A stretch of DNA of 64,000 bases from an uncultured Planctomycetota bacterium (GTDB taxonomy: Bacteria > Planctomycetota > Planctomycetia > Pirellulales > Pirellulaceae): contig CAWDIM010000005.1 in the NCBI GenBank assembly GCA_963802295.1, positions 93,780 to 157,779 on the forward strand, written 5' to 3'. The translations under genes were made by a program, and so were the position numbers. Position 1 is the stretch's first letter, and each line of letters begins with the position of its first letter. Positions 1 to 10,010 of this stretch are shown here, in pieces. The notes under the pieces are model-generated. The model had not been told where the DNA came from, searched no databases, and saw only the letters and a list, made by a program, of their open reading frames with translations.

Positions 1-1451
1 GCTGGAAGACGCGCGAAGAAGCCGAGAAGCAGGTGACCATCTATCGGGAGGGCTATCAGGCCCTGCTCGACGATCCCAATGTGGAGGCGGTCATTATTGC
101 CTTGCCGCTGCACCTGCACGCGCCGGTGGCGATCGAAGCGATGCTCAAGGGAAAGCACGTCCTGACCGAGAAACTGATGGGGCACAGCGTGGCCCAATGC
201 AAGGTCATGGGACGTGTCTCGCAGGAAACCGGCAAATTGCTGGCGACCGGCCATCAGCGGCATTATAGCGTGCTGTACGACAATGCCGTAAACCTGATCC
301 GCTGGGGCGTGCTGGGACAGTTGCACTATATTCAGGCCCAGTGGCATCGCGGCAACCTGCCGGGTAACGACAGCTGGACGCAGCCCCTGCCGGGCGGTGA
401 ATTTCCCGTCGGCGGGAGCGCGAAGAATCTGATCGATGAAATCGGCAAGGATCTTGCCGATCTCCGCGACAAATTGAAGAAAGAAAAAGATCCCAAGCGG
501 ATCGAGTTGTACACCAACCAGCTGGCGCAAATGGAAGCGCTCGACTCGGACAAGTCCATTGATCCGAAGCTGTTTGGCTACGATGAGTTTTCGCTCAGCG
601 ACGGCGAGAAAGTGTCGGCGATGGCCGAGCTTGTGCGGTGGCGACTCTGGGCTCGCACCGGCGGCGGCCTGATGGCGGAATTGGGAAGTCACCAGCTGGA
701 CGCGGCCGGCATCTTCGTCAGCGCGCTGCGCAAAGATGGCAAAAAAGCCCATCCGCTGACCGTCCACGCCGTCGGCGGGCGACACCTGTTCCCCATCACC
801 CGGCAGGCGGAAGATCACGTCTACTGCATGTTCGAGTTTCCGGGGCCGGAGTACGATCCCGATTTCCCGGTCGGTTACAGGGACAAAATCAACAATATTC
901 CCGATCCCAAAAAGGGCATCCCCGGTTACAACGAAGATCCGAACAAGAAGATCGTCGTGACCTATTCGTCCATCAACGGGAACGGCTTCGGTGGTTACGG
1001 CGAAACCGTTATGGGGACCAGGGGTACGATGGTGCTGTCGCGGGAGCAGGAAGTCATGCTCTGGGCCGGTTCAGACACCTCCTCGTCCGTCTCGGTCAAG
1101 GAAGGCAAGTCGGGCCCGACCATGGACACCCAGGCCAGCGGCGCAGCCGGGCCCGTATCCAAGGCCGCTGCCAGTGGTCCGGTGAGCCGTGGATATACGG
1201 AAGAAATCGAGCACTGGGCGTGGTGCATCCGCAACCCCGACCCGGCCAATGTCCCCCGCTGCCGCCCGGAAATCGCCCTGGGCGACGCCGTCATCGCGCT
1301 GACCGCCAATACCGCCATCAAAGCGTCCAATGAAGGTAAAGGCGGTTTCATTAAGTTCGAGGATACCTGGTACGATATCAACCACGATGCAACACCCGAT
1401 GGCAGCGTTGTCGCCGACGAATACGCACGGTTGGTAAAGAAATCGACGTAG
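1..1451 (+). CDS. Gfo/Idh/MocA-family NAD(P)-dependent oxidoreductase (5' end outside window)
   Basis: The frame is open from nt 3 (WKTREEAEKQ...) into the listed ORF 33..1451. EAVIIALPLHLHAPVAIEAMLKGKHVLTEK matches the family segment P..H....al.aGKHVl.EK. The Rossmann N-terminus is absent, so the gene starts upstream of the window. Confidence 0.85.
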   Translation, partial: WKTREEAEKQVTIYREGYQALLDDPNVEAVIIALPLHLHAPVAIEAMLKGKHVLTEKLMGHSVAQCKVMGRVSQETGKLLATGHQRHYSVLYDNAVNLIRWGVLGQLHYIQAQWHRGNLPGNDSWTQPLPGGEFPVGGSAKNLIDEIGKDLADLRDKLKKEKDPKRIELYTNQLAQMEALDSDKSIDPKLFGYDEFSLSDGEKVSAMAELVRWRLWARTGGGLMAELGSHQLDAAGIFVSALRKDGKKAHPLTVHAVGGRHLFPITRQAEDHVYCMFEFPGPEYDPDFPVGYRDKINNIPDPKKGIPGYNEDPNKKIVVTYSSINGNGFGGYGETVMGTRGTMVLSREQEVMLWAGSDTSSSVSVKEGKSGPTMDTQASGAAGPVSKAAASGPVSRGYTEEIEHWAWCIRNPDPANVPRCRPEIALGDAVIALTANTAIKASNEGKGGFIKFEDTWYDINHDATPDGSVVADEYARLVKKST

Positions 1452-1561
1452 TCCAAGCCGCCAAGGCGGCGGACGTGTCCATGTGTCGCAGCGTGTGACG
1501 GCGGGACGGCGTTGGTCCTGTTGCATCCCTTCAGGATGCCCCTCCTTGGTCGAACGCGTCC

Positions 1562-1596
1562 CCCAGGGTTCGCCGCGAAGCGCGGCGAACCCTGGG
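1562..1596. other. Perfect 16-bp GC-rich inverted repeat with a 3-nt loop, between convergent genes (possible bidirectional terminator)
   Basis: cccagggttcgccgcg / aag / cgcggcgaaccctggg, read directly. It lies about 110 nt after the oxidoreductase stop and has no U-tract. Confidence 0.6.
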
Positions 1597-1602
1597 CTGT
1601 GG

Positions 1603-1964
1603 AGTGCCATGCCGTTGGCATGAAGAGTACCATGCCGTTGGCATGCAGAGTACCATGCCGTTGGCATGCAGAGTGCCATGCCGTTGGCATGCAGAGTGCC
1701 ATGCCGTTGGCATGCAGAGTGCCGTGCCGTTGGCATGCAGAATGCCATGCCGTTGGCATGCAGAGTGCCATGCCGTTGGCATGCAGAGTGCCATGCCGTT
1801 GGCATGCAGAGTGCCGTGCCGTTGGCATGCAGAGTGCCATGCCGTTGGCATGCAGAGTGCCATGCCGTTGGCATGCAGAGTGCCATGCCGTTGGCATGCA
1901 GAGTGCCGTGCCGTTGGCATGCAGGCCAGCGTTGGCATGCGAGTGCCGTGCCGTTGGCATGCAG
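1603..1964. repeat. Tandem array of about 15.7 copies of a 23-bp unit (gccatgccgttggcatgcagagt), each with a 6-bp hairpin
   Basis: The units are directly visible. Each holds catgcc-gtt-ggcatg, and neighbouring units can also pair (ggcatg-cagagtgc-catgcc). There are no unique spacers. The array fills the gap between convergent genes ending at 1451 and 2013. Confidence 0.95.
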
Positions 1965-2012
1965 GCACCGCGTCTGGCGTGGCGACTCAGATGTCTCGGT
2001 CCAATGGCCAGC

Positions 2013-2855
2013 TCAGCCGATTTTCGCTTTGAGCTGACTGAGCAGATTGATGGCGTGTCCGATCTCCGATTTCTGGCGAGCGGGTTCCTGAGGGATTTCA
2101 CGCTCAATGGTCAACGGCCCGGTGTAGCCGAGGTCGCCGAGCGTGCGGAGGTAATTTTCGATTCCCACGGCACCTTCGCCCAAGGGAACTTCCGCGCCCC
2201 AGTCTTGGCCCGGGTTGGCAGCCCAGGTAGCGTCCTTGCAGTGAACGCTGTGCACGTACTGGCCGACCTTCCGCAACGCTTCGATCGGTTCGCCCGTGCC
2301 GTAAAGAATCATGTTGGCCGGGTCGAAATTCACGAACAGATTATTACGTTCCACATCTTCGATGAACTGGAGCAGGCCGTCGGCCGTTTCCTGTCCCGTT
2401 TCCAGATGAAGATCCTGGCCATTGTGGGCGCAGTGATCACAGATGTCGCGTGTGATCGCAAGCACGTCGCGGTAATCTGACGAAGTCCGATCGTGGGTGA
2501 TGAAGCCGAGGTGGAGGGCCACGACGTCGCAGCCTAACAGGCGTGCGAAATCGGCGATTTCCTTCATCTCCTGGGTACGCGCGGCCCGCGTCGCGAGCGG
2601 CACGAGGCCGACTGTCTGCGAAACGGTCGGAATGTTCGCGTAACTCTCGCCCTCGAAACCACCGAAAACAGCTGTCAGGGCGATATCCAAATCACTCAGC
2701 CGAGCCAGGAACTGATCGGCGTTCTCCTGGGTCCGTGTGGGCTGTGCCGGCGCGTGCAGCTGTATCGTCGGGACTCCCAGTTCGTGTGCGACTTCCAGTT
2801 TCACGCCCAAACCGGCGTCGACACTGGCGAATACTCCGATGGGCCATTTTTCCAC
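2013..2855 (-). CDS. Sugar phosphate isomerase/epimerase (xylose-isomerase-like TIM barrel)
   Basis: 280-aa ORF. Its length and motifs (VPTIQLHAP, VVALHLGF, LHLETGQE, VNFDPANM, HCKD) resemble the AP-endonuclease-2/xylose-isomerase-like family. Confidence 0.75.
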   Translation of the reverse strand: MEKWPIGVFASVDAGLGVKLEVAHELGVPTIQLHAPAQPTRTQENADQFLARLSDLDIALTAVFGGFEGESYANIPTVSQTVGLVPLATRAARTQEMKEIADFARLLGCDVVALHLGFITHDRTSSDYRDVLAITRDICDHCAHNGQDLHLETGQETADGLLQFIEDVERNNLFVNFDPANMILYGTGEPIEALRKVGQYVHSVHCKDATWAANPGQDWGAEVPLGEGAVGIENYLRTLGDLGYTGPLTIEREIPQEPARQKSEIGHAINLLSQLKAKIG

Positions 2856-3093
2856 GGCTCGTTCTCCTTAGCTGGTCGGTCTGTTCGTTGTCTGCGGATG
2901 CGAGTTTGACACAGTCCTGTCTGGGGGGCACATCGCATGATCCGAATTAGACCACGTAGCGCAGCCAATTTCAAAGCCCCCTACGTAGAACGGAATTTAT
3001 TCCGTTCCTGCAGCACCCCCGACTCACCATTCCCGTCGACCCGAAACCGTGGTTCCCTTCCACTTTCTAACGCGACCGAACGCCACAAGCGTA

Positions 3094-3338
3094 CAGGAAA
3101 TCCGAAATTCGAAATTCGAAAACCTAAACAAATTCGAAATTCAAAAACTAGAAATCCAAAACCTCCACCGCCGGCAAAACGGCTATCATGGCCCGCAGCC
3201 AGATTCTCACCACGGGAGCATGCCACCGCGTCCTCCATCTTCCCTTTCTCCCTTTCTCCCTTTCTCCCTTTCTCCGTTATTCCCTTTCTCCCATTTTTCC
3301 GTCATTCGAATTTGTTTCGGATTTCGTGTATTTTCCTG
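3094..3338. repeat. MITE-like composite intergenic repeat, copy A (arm + core + (CCCTTTCT)n + inverted arm)
   Basis: It contains the arm ggaaatccgaaattcgaaattcgaaaacctaaacaaattcgaaat, the core ccgccggcaaaacggctatcatggcccgcagccagattctcaccacgggagcatgcc, a pyrimidine microsatellite, and the inverted arm cattcgaatttgtttcggatttcg. It is homologous to copies B-F. Confidence 0.8.
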
Positions 3339-3356
3339 CGTTCGCCGTGCGCCATG

Positions 3357-3785
3357 TCATGGACTAACGCTCTGCTTCCGCCGGTTCTTTTTCGGGGGCG
3401 GTTTGATCAGCCAGCCGAAGAACTGCAGAATGGCCAGGAGCAACAGGATGGGCCCCAGGACGACGATAGTGCGCGGGCGCACGACGACCACGGCGGCGAT
3501 TGTACCGACGACCGCCAGGACCGCCGGGGAGACATGTTCGGTGAGTCGCATCAGTTGCGGAAAGGCCAACCAGACGGCTCCCAGCACCAACCCGATTCGC
3601 CAGCATGAGCTCCAGAAGAACCCCGAATCATCGGCGTTCAGTCCGTATCGCGCGAACCCGTAACCGGCGGTTGCCAATAAGAGGAAGGCGAGAATGCCGG
3701 CCGCGTGTCGACGCATGAAATCACTCACATCGTTGAAGCAGTATCTCGCACGGTCGCTCAGATCCGGTCCAGCGTATCGATCCAA
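3357..3785 (-). CDS. Small integral membrane protein (last gene of the protease operon)
   Basis: The 142-aa ORF has 3-4 hydrophobic helices (GILAFLLLATAGYGF, IGLVLGAVWLAF, AVLAVVGTIAAVVVV, VVLGPILLLLAILQFFGWL). An alternative start (MRRHAAG) at 3716 would remove the 28-nt overlap with the upstream gene. Confidence 0.55.
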   Translation of the reverse strand: MDRYAGPDLSDRARYCFNDVSDFMRRHAAGILAFLLLATAGYGFARYGLNADDSGFFWSSCWRIGLVLGAVWLAFPQLMRLTEHVSPAVLAVVGTIAAVVVVRPRTIVVLGPILLLLAILQFFGWLIKPPPKKNRRKQSVSP

Positions 3786-5815
3786 CGTACCAGCCTGGTC
3801 AGTTCTTCGGCATTCATATAGCGTTCAGGACCTGGGACGGTGACGACAATGATCGGGAAGGCCTGCTTTTGCAGTCGCTCTTCCCCGGCCTTGATCGGCT
3901 GGGCGATTTGCGACCCTTCGGAGGCAAAGCTATACACCGCCAGCGGCTGAACGGGGTCCGTGGTGGGCGATCCAACTCGTGTCGGCAGCGGAGCTCCGAC
4001 GACGGCCACCGCGCGGCAGAGTTCGCGATTTCCCAACGCCACATGGTAAGCCATCGCGCCGCCCGCCAGATAGCCGTGCACGACAACTCGCGCCGGATCG
4101 ACGGCATAGCGGCTGATAACATCGTCCATGGTCTTGCGGACAAATTCGATTTCGGTGGCGGTCCATCGTTTGACGTCAGCCGATTGCGGAGCCAATAGGA
4201 TCAAATCGTGCTGATCACAGAACGGTTTCCAGAGTTTGACGAGTTCATCCTTGTCGAAGCTGCCGGGCGCGTGCAACCAGACGAGCAGGCCATAGCGTGC
4301 GGCGGGGTGGTAGTTATCCGGGACATAGGCCATGCACTTATTGGCGGCTTCGGGGATCTGTATGTCGATCGTGCCCACGGGGGGCAATGGCCCCTGCCCT
4401 GCTGCCAGCGGCTCATGTGCTGGCGGCAGCTCGTCGGGGATCGCTGTGCCGGCGGGAGCCAGTTTCAGGGTGAGGGCGGCGGTTTGTCCGCCGCGAGAGT
4501 ATTTGACGGTCACCTGGGTGCCAGGATCGAAGGCGATGATCGCATCGCGCAACGAACTGGAATCAGCCACGGCGGCATCATTGATGCCGGTGATGCGGTC
4601 CCCTGCCTGCAGGCCGGCAGTGGCGGCGGCGCTGCCAGGCCAGACGTACCGGACGATGACACCGGCCTGATCCGGTGCCGCCGGATCTGCGCTGGCCGCA
4701 CCTCGGGCGGGGAGAATTCCCAGCTCGGGCCGCACATATGGTTCCAGTTCGGCAACCAGCTGTACCGCGGCTACGATCCGCTCTTTGCTCTCCCCGCGCT
4801 CGGCGACGATCTGTATTGTGTCCCCGGCGACGTGCGGCCCCAGTGCGTGTCGCAGCTGTGCCTGCCGTTGGATCTTCACGCCATCCACTTCCACAATCGT
4901 ATCGCCCACCTGCAGTCCCGCCTGACGAGCTGGCGACTTGGCGCCGCAGACGGCGATGGTGGCCGGCAGGCCATACATGTCGTTTCCTTTGAGCGAGACG
5001 CCCAGGATGCCGGGCAGCAGGTCCTGGCCAGCCTTCATGGTTTCCAGTTGTGGCATCACGTCGGCCAGCGGAACGGCAAAGCCGATGCCCGAGTCATACC
5101 ATTCGGCGCCGGCCATCTCACCTTCCTGCTGCGGCGAAAGGGGGACCAGAATCCCAATCACGCGGCCGCGAATATCGATCAACGGGCCTCCGTAGTTGCT
5201 CGGCGACACCTTGGCATCCGTCTGCACCGCTTTTCCCCAGATGCGGTTCACGGCACTGAGGATGCCGACCGAAATATTGGGTAGCGAGCCGGGGTAGGTG
5301 CGCCCGATGGCCAGCGTCCATTGTCCCACTGCCAGTTGCTGTCGGGGGACGATCTCGGGAACGGTCAGCTGCTCGTCCGTGCCGGCCTTGAGCAACACGA
5401 GCATGCGGTTGTTGTCGCGCGCCACGATGGTGGCGGATGTGCGTTTGCCGGAAGGGAGCGTGACCAGAATCGACGATGGCTTGCCGGCAAAACCGAAGGC
5501 ACTCGACAGAATATAGCCATCTTCCGAAATGACCACGCCGCTCGTGGCGCCGGTCGAGAGAAGTTGGCCTTCAACTTGCTCCACGCCTCCCACATTTTCG
5601 ATCCGCACAACACTTCCCGCCACGCGTTGCATGGCGGCCTGCATCGCCTGTTCTTCCAGGGCGGCGAGATCGTCTTGCTGCGCCAGGGCAGAGCATTTCA
5701 CGGTCGCGAAAGTATCCGCCGACCAACCGGGTTGCGACGGCACAAGATACTCGGCAGCCGACGGATGGACGTTGCTGCCCTCGTGCCCCGCCACCGTGAC
5801 GGGAGCGACGAGCAC
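3758..5815 (-). CDS. S1C(HtrA)-like protease paralog with two PDZ domains fused to a C-terminal esterase-like alpha/beta-hydrolase domain; catalytic residues appear substituted
   Basis: 685-aa ORF with TSGVVISEDGYILSS, VQTDAKVSPSNYGGPLIDIRGRVIGI, the PDZ-like segments GLQVGDTIVEVDG and GLQAGDRITGIND, and the esterase-like YGLLVWLHAPG...VVVHGYLAGGAMAYHVAL. A signal-peptide-like ORF (MIGPSRRLSLHWLLTTATMAGTLS, ATG at 5888) lies just upstream in another frame, so the true start may be 5888 with a frame break near 5815. Confidence 0.8.
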   Translation of the reverse strand: MLVAPVTVAGHEGSNVHPSAAEYLVPSQPGWSADTFATVKCSALAQQDDLAALEEQAMQAAMQRVAGSVVRIENVGGVEQVEGQLLSTGATSGVVISEDGYILSSAFGFAGKPSSILVTLPSGKRTSATIVARDNNRMLVLLKAGTDEQLTVPEIVPRQQLAVGQWTLAIGRTYPGSLPNISVGILSAVNRIWGKAVQTDAKVSPSNYGGPLIDIRGRVIGILVPLSPQQEGEMAGAEWYDSGIGFAVPLADVMPQLETMKAGQDLLPGILGVSLKGNDMYGLPATIAVCGAKSPARQAGLQVGDTIVEVDGVKIQRQAQLRHALGPHVAGDTIQIVAERGESKERIVAAVQLVAELEPYVRPELGILPARGAASADPAAPDQAGVIVRYVWPGSAAATAGLQAGDRITGINDAAVADSSSLRDAIIAFDPGTQVTVKYSRGGQTAALTLKLAPAGTAIPDELPPAHEPLAAGQGPLPPVGTIDIQIPEAANKCMAYVPDNYHPAARYGLLVWLHAPGSFDKDELVKLWKPFCDQHDLILLAPQSADVKRWTATEIEFVRKTMDDVISRYAVDPARVVVHGYLAGGAMAYHVALGNRELCRAVAVVGAPLPTRVGSPTTDPVQPLAVYSFASEGSQIAQPIKAGEERLQKQAFPIIVVTVPGPERYMNAEELTRLVRWIDTLDRI

Positions 5816-5925
5816 GGCTCAGCGTGCCGGCCATGGTCGCCGTGGTCAGCAGCCAGTGGAGTGAAAGACGACGCGACGGGCCAATCATTATGAGTTCTTT
5901 CAGTAGGTTCAGTTCGCGAGGCAGA

Positions 5926-6990
5926 TTACTGGGGTTGCAGTTCAACATCAACGAGTTCCTGGCCGCGCTGGACCGTCAGCCGCACCGGGTCAATGTGGTC
6001 GACGAAAGACAGCTCTTCCGCGAGTTCCCGGCAGGACGAGACCATGCGATCGTTCACAAACAGGATCAGATCATCGGGACGCAATCCGGCCTTGGCGGCC
6101 ACGGAGTCGACCAGGAGGCGATCCACGAACGGCGGGGTCTTGGCCAGAATGTCGGGGACCAACACGATTCCCAGAGCTGGCAAAGTATGCGGGTTGGGCG
6201 GTCGTTTGGCATTCTCATCAACGCGACGCGGCGGACTACGTCCGGCCATCATGTCGTGGATCGAAGTCCTCAATTCGGAGATCGGAATGGCATAGTTGAG
6301 CCACGTGTTGTCCAAGGCATTGCGCAATTCCTTTCCCAACACCCCTGCCAATTGCCCCTGGCGGTCGGTCAAAGCGCCCCCGCGGCACCGGGATTATTGG
6401 CCATGGCATCGACAACGTAGACCGGGCCACGGTAAATCGTCTGGAACGCCCCGCGGCGCACCGCCAGTTGACTGATGGCCGCCACCGTGCCGTGCAGCAC
6501 ACTGGTTGGTTCCGCCCCGACGGCGATGCCGAACAAGTTGCTGAAGGCCAGTACGCGAGCACCCGGCTGTAACTCGACCACTTCGTCCAGATTGAAATAG
6601 GGAAGTCCTTTGGCTTCGATCTTCAGTATGGCGATTTCCAGCCGGGGATCATGACCGACCAGCGTGGCGCCATAACGGGTACCATCGTCCAGCACCACAT
6701 TGATGAACTCTTCGGCATCCAGCACATAGCTCCACGCCGTCAGGACGTGCCCTTCGGCCGAGATCAACATCCCGCTCTGATAAGCTTCCAGCCCTTGCAG
6801 GCCTCCCGAGCCGTAGATTTTCACGATACGCGGCTGCACAGCGGCAATGACGTCGGCAAACGACCCGCTGTCGGCGCGGACCGGCAGGGCGATCGCGTAG
6901 CAGGAACAGCAGTGCAGCTGCAGCAGACCGTCGGTGGTAACGCGGTGAATGGCGGAACACGGCGAATGTTATCCTCACAGGCTCAGTCAT
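5926..6990 (-). pseudogene. S1C-like pseudoprotease with C-terminal PDZ domain, split by frame breaks (ORFs 6369..6839 and 5926..6372)
   Basis: ORF 6369..6839 ends ...DAMANNPGAAGAL*. ORF 5926..6372 continues TDRQGQLAGVLGKE. One extra C in the C5 run 6377-6381 would give NPGAAGGALTDRQGQLAGVLG, which fits NPGNSGGPLxDxxGxLxGI. An ATG at 6990 overlaps the upstream stop (ATGA) but lies in a third frame, which implies a second break near 6880-6950. Confidence 0.7.
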
Positions 6991-8779
6991 TTCAGTTCGT
7001 AACTCTCGATCTGCAGTTCCGCGAAAACAGTGTCTCCGTGCCGCACGATCACGCGGTGCGGCAGCAGGTAGTCACCTGCCTGGCGATAGTCTTTGAAATA
7101 GACCTCGCAGGGATCAACATTCATGGCGGGGAACATTTCCAGGGCGACCAGTAGGCCACTGTCGGGCTCAAACGCGTAGCGAACTTCGACGACGTTGTGC
7201 GTGCCGACCAGCACGTCGAACAGGCCATCGCGATCGATCAACGGAACGGTGCCGAGGTAATAGATTTCGCCGAACTGCTGCGGGCCCTCCCGCAACAGAC
7301 GCTGCCACAGGGAGAGCGTGGGCAACAGTCCGCCGCTGCCGGCGGGGAGCAGCTGCTGGTCGTAGTCGACTCGCAAATCCACTTTGTCCCGGCTGGCGGG
7401 GAACTGGCCGGACGCCTCACCAGGCCCGAGTTCAATTTGGAAAGGTCCGCCACCGGTCACCTTGCCCGCCAGGATCCAAGTGGGTGGCGAGGAGGTGAAA
7501 TCGGAGTTTCCGATGAACTGGGACCACACTCGCTGCTGGTTTGCTTCGTTGAAGAAAAAGTTCGCGTAGCCGGGCTTCTCCTTGATCAGCTGCGCCACCT
7601 GCTCAGGGGGCGGCTGAGGCTGGCCGGGATGGCCGGGTGGCATGGGGAGTCGGGGCCGCGGTTGGGGCGAGTCGCCATCCTCTTTCTTGGGCGGTTCATC
7701 ACCGGGCCGCTTCTCCGGTGCGGGGGGCTGTCCCGGCGGTGTCAGCGGTGCCTGCTGGACCTTGGCGAGCAGTTCTTCGCGCGAATGCACGCCTGACAGC
7801 CGGACGAACACATCACGCCGCTCGTCTTCATGCCGATACGTCATCGGTACTCGCCAATCGCGGGGGAAGATCCCGAGCACATTCTTGAAACCGTTGACGC
7901 TGGTAATCTCGCGGCCGCCAAACGACAGCAATTGGTCGCCGTACCGCAAGCCGCGACGGTACGCGTCCGAGGACTCCAGGATGTTGGCCACGACCACGCG
8001 TCCCTGTTCGTCGCTCGTCACCGTTGCGCCCAACGTGGCGTGATCGACAATCCGGCCACTGTGCAGGTAGCCGAGGAATTTCTTGATCTGGTTGATCGAA
8101 ATGGCGTAGCCGACGCCGACATTCACTCGCCCACGCTTTTCGAACGAACCGCGGCCATTGATGCCGACCAACTGGCCTTGAGCATTGAAGAGCGGTCCCC
8201 CGGAATTGCCCGGATTGATGGCCGCATCGGTTTGGATGCAGTCGGTGTATTCCAGCAGGGTCCCGGCCGGCGGTTGGTATCGATGCACTCCCGACACGAT
8301 TCCGTACGAAATCGTCGGCTGGAAATCGGTCGCCAACAGGAATGGATTCCCCACCGCGAAACACCAGTCACCCGTGCGCAGCTGATCGCTGTCGCCCAGT
8401 TCGGCGGTCGGGAAATCGTCCCGGCCCAGCAACTTGATCAGCGACACGTCGCCGGTCGGATCGAGGCCGACGAGTACGGCGTCGTACAGTTGGCCGTCGG
8501 CCATGCCGCACTGCATGTAGCTGCCCGTCGGTCTCACAACATGGAAATTCGATAAGGCAAAGCCGTCGGGACTGATCACCACCCCCGAACCTCCGCCGCC
8601 CCCCCCGGCGCAAACACCGCCACCGCCGATTGCATGGCGCGGGCCATCGCCGCCATCCGCTGCTGCTCGGCCTGCAACACCGGGGCGGGCGGTTCTTGCG
8701 CGACGAGCGGCAGTGCCGGGATGGCCAACAGCAGCACCGAGACACGGATCATCCAGTTGTGCCGTGAGCAAATGGTCAT
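6987..8779 (-). CDS. Trypsin-like S1C serine protease with PDZ domain (triad intact); signal peptide displaced by a homopolymer frame break
   Basis: The motifs GSGVVISPDGFALSNFHVV, DPTGDVSLIKL and IQTDAAINPGNSGGPLFNAQGQLVGING are present. The listed ORF is 6987..8795. ORF 8576..8779 (MTICSRHNWMIRVSVLLLAIPALPLVAQ...) starts with an ATG that overlaps the upstream stop (ATGA). It would join the protease frame if the C8 run 8599-8606 were C9. Confidence 0.85.
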
Positions 8780-9981
8780 TTGATGATCCTTGCATTGCAG
8801 AGGTTCAGATGGTCGGCCACGTCCAGCGTCTCACCAAAGTCGACCAGGATCCTGAGTCGCCGCACGCCCTCGATATTCAAGTCCAAGGGAAAGGGAGGAT
8901 CTGTTCCGGCAATGCTCCGGCGAAACAACTCGCGGTCGTCCCCGAATATCACCAGGACCAGATTCCCGCGTCCCTGCAGTCGGCTGTCGATGCCAACCAC
9001 GGCGGTGAGCGTGCGAAATGGTTCGGCCAGTCGATAGACCAGCTCGCTGCGACTGTGGATCGCCAACCCGCGGTCGTACTGCTGTATTTCGCTCCCAGCC
9101 GCCAACCATAACCCGCTTCCCTCGAAACCGTTGTCGCGGCGCGGGGCATTGAGCTGCATCATCCGTTTGGGCGATACGAGCGAGGCGATATAGGGAGTGC
9201 ATTGCGTCAGATCGAATGGCAAATCACTCAGATACACTACATTGCCGGCCGAGAAATCGAGCCGTCTGAGAGCAGCCCAGGGGACCGCGCATTGCGCCCC
9301 TCCCACGGTGACCAGCCGGAGATGCCCCTCCTGCCACTCGATCGACTTGACTCGCCAAGCCGTGCCATTCGCCTCTTGCACCGTACACACCGCCGGCGGC
9401 AGTTCACGGACCACACCCTGGTGGTAAATGATCCCCTCGAGTTTCGTCCGTTTCACGGGGATCTGCTGATCGTCATATTCGAAATCGACCACATCCGCCG
9501 TCACGTCCTGAAAGACCCCGGTAAGTTGATCGAGCGACGTGCGGCTGCGACGCAGCACGAGCACATCTCCCGTCCCTTTGCCGGCTAACATCTCCTGCCA
9601 TTGAGCATCCAAACCTTCGGAAGGAGGCTGGAACCGTACGGATCGTACGTTCCTCGTCTCGATCGTTACACTGCGATCCGTCCACTGAATCTCCGCTGTC
9701 CGATTCTTCACAAGGTACTCGGTCGCGAGAATCCGAGAGCCGTCAATCAGGTCGATCCACACTTTTGGTGCCGTCGCCACCGTCGACTCTTCGCCATGCT
9801 GCATCACCACAGTCAATAAGTCGCGCATGTCATACGATTGCTGCTTGCCGTCCACCTCGATCGCAATGTGCCGGCTATCCAGTTCCACCAGCGCACCCGT
9901 TTGTTTCGAGCCGCTCAAGGGCTCGACGGCAACGTCTAAAGCCATCGGCGTGTGAAGAAGCACTAAAGCCACGATGTACAT
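8776..9981 (-). CDS. Secreted/anchored protein with C-terminal NPCBM/NEW2-like carbohydrate-binding module
   Basis: 401-aa ORF with a hydrophobic N-terminus. The C-terminal GLAIHSRSELVYRLAEPFRTLTAVVGIDSRLQGRGNLVLVIFGDD...LDVADHLNLCNARII fits the NPCBM pattern (GL..H..SeivY.L...f..F.a.vGvD...V.F.V..D...DhadWadA). Confidence 0.75.
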   Translation of the reverse strand: MYIVALVLLHTPMALDVAVEPLSGSKQTGALVELDSRHIAIEVDGKQQSYDMRDLLTVVMQHGEESTVATAPKVWIDLIDGSRILATEYLVKNRTAEIQWTDRSVTIETRNVRSVRFQPPSEGLDAQWQEMLAGKGTGDVLVLRRSRTSLDQLTGVFQDVTADVVDFEYDDQQIPVKRTKLEGIIYHQGVVRELPPAVCTVQEANGTAWRVKSIEWQEGHLRLVTVGGAQCAVPWAALRRLDFSAGNVVYLSDLPFDLTQCTPYIASLVSPKRMMQLNAPRRDNGFEGSGLWLAAGSEIQQYDRGLAIHSRSELVYRLAEPFRTLTAVVGIDSRLQGRGNLVLVIFGDDRELFRRSIAGTDPPFPLDLNIEGVRRLRILVDFGETLDVADHLNLCNARIIK

Positions 9982-10010
9982 GAGTGTTCCAACCCTCCGT
10001 CACTGCCTAA

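Noticed and set aside
1603-1964. 23-bp repeat array as CRISPR or as coding sequence (ORFs 995..2107, 1071..1886, 1512..2480, 1531..1968, 1604..2032, 1666..2037)
   Set aside because: There are no spacers. The ORFs translate the repeat in all frames on both strands (MPLACRVPCRWHAECHAVG... and its complement). This is what a stop-free tandem repeat produces, not a protein.
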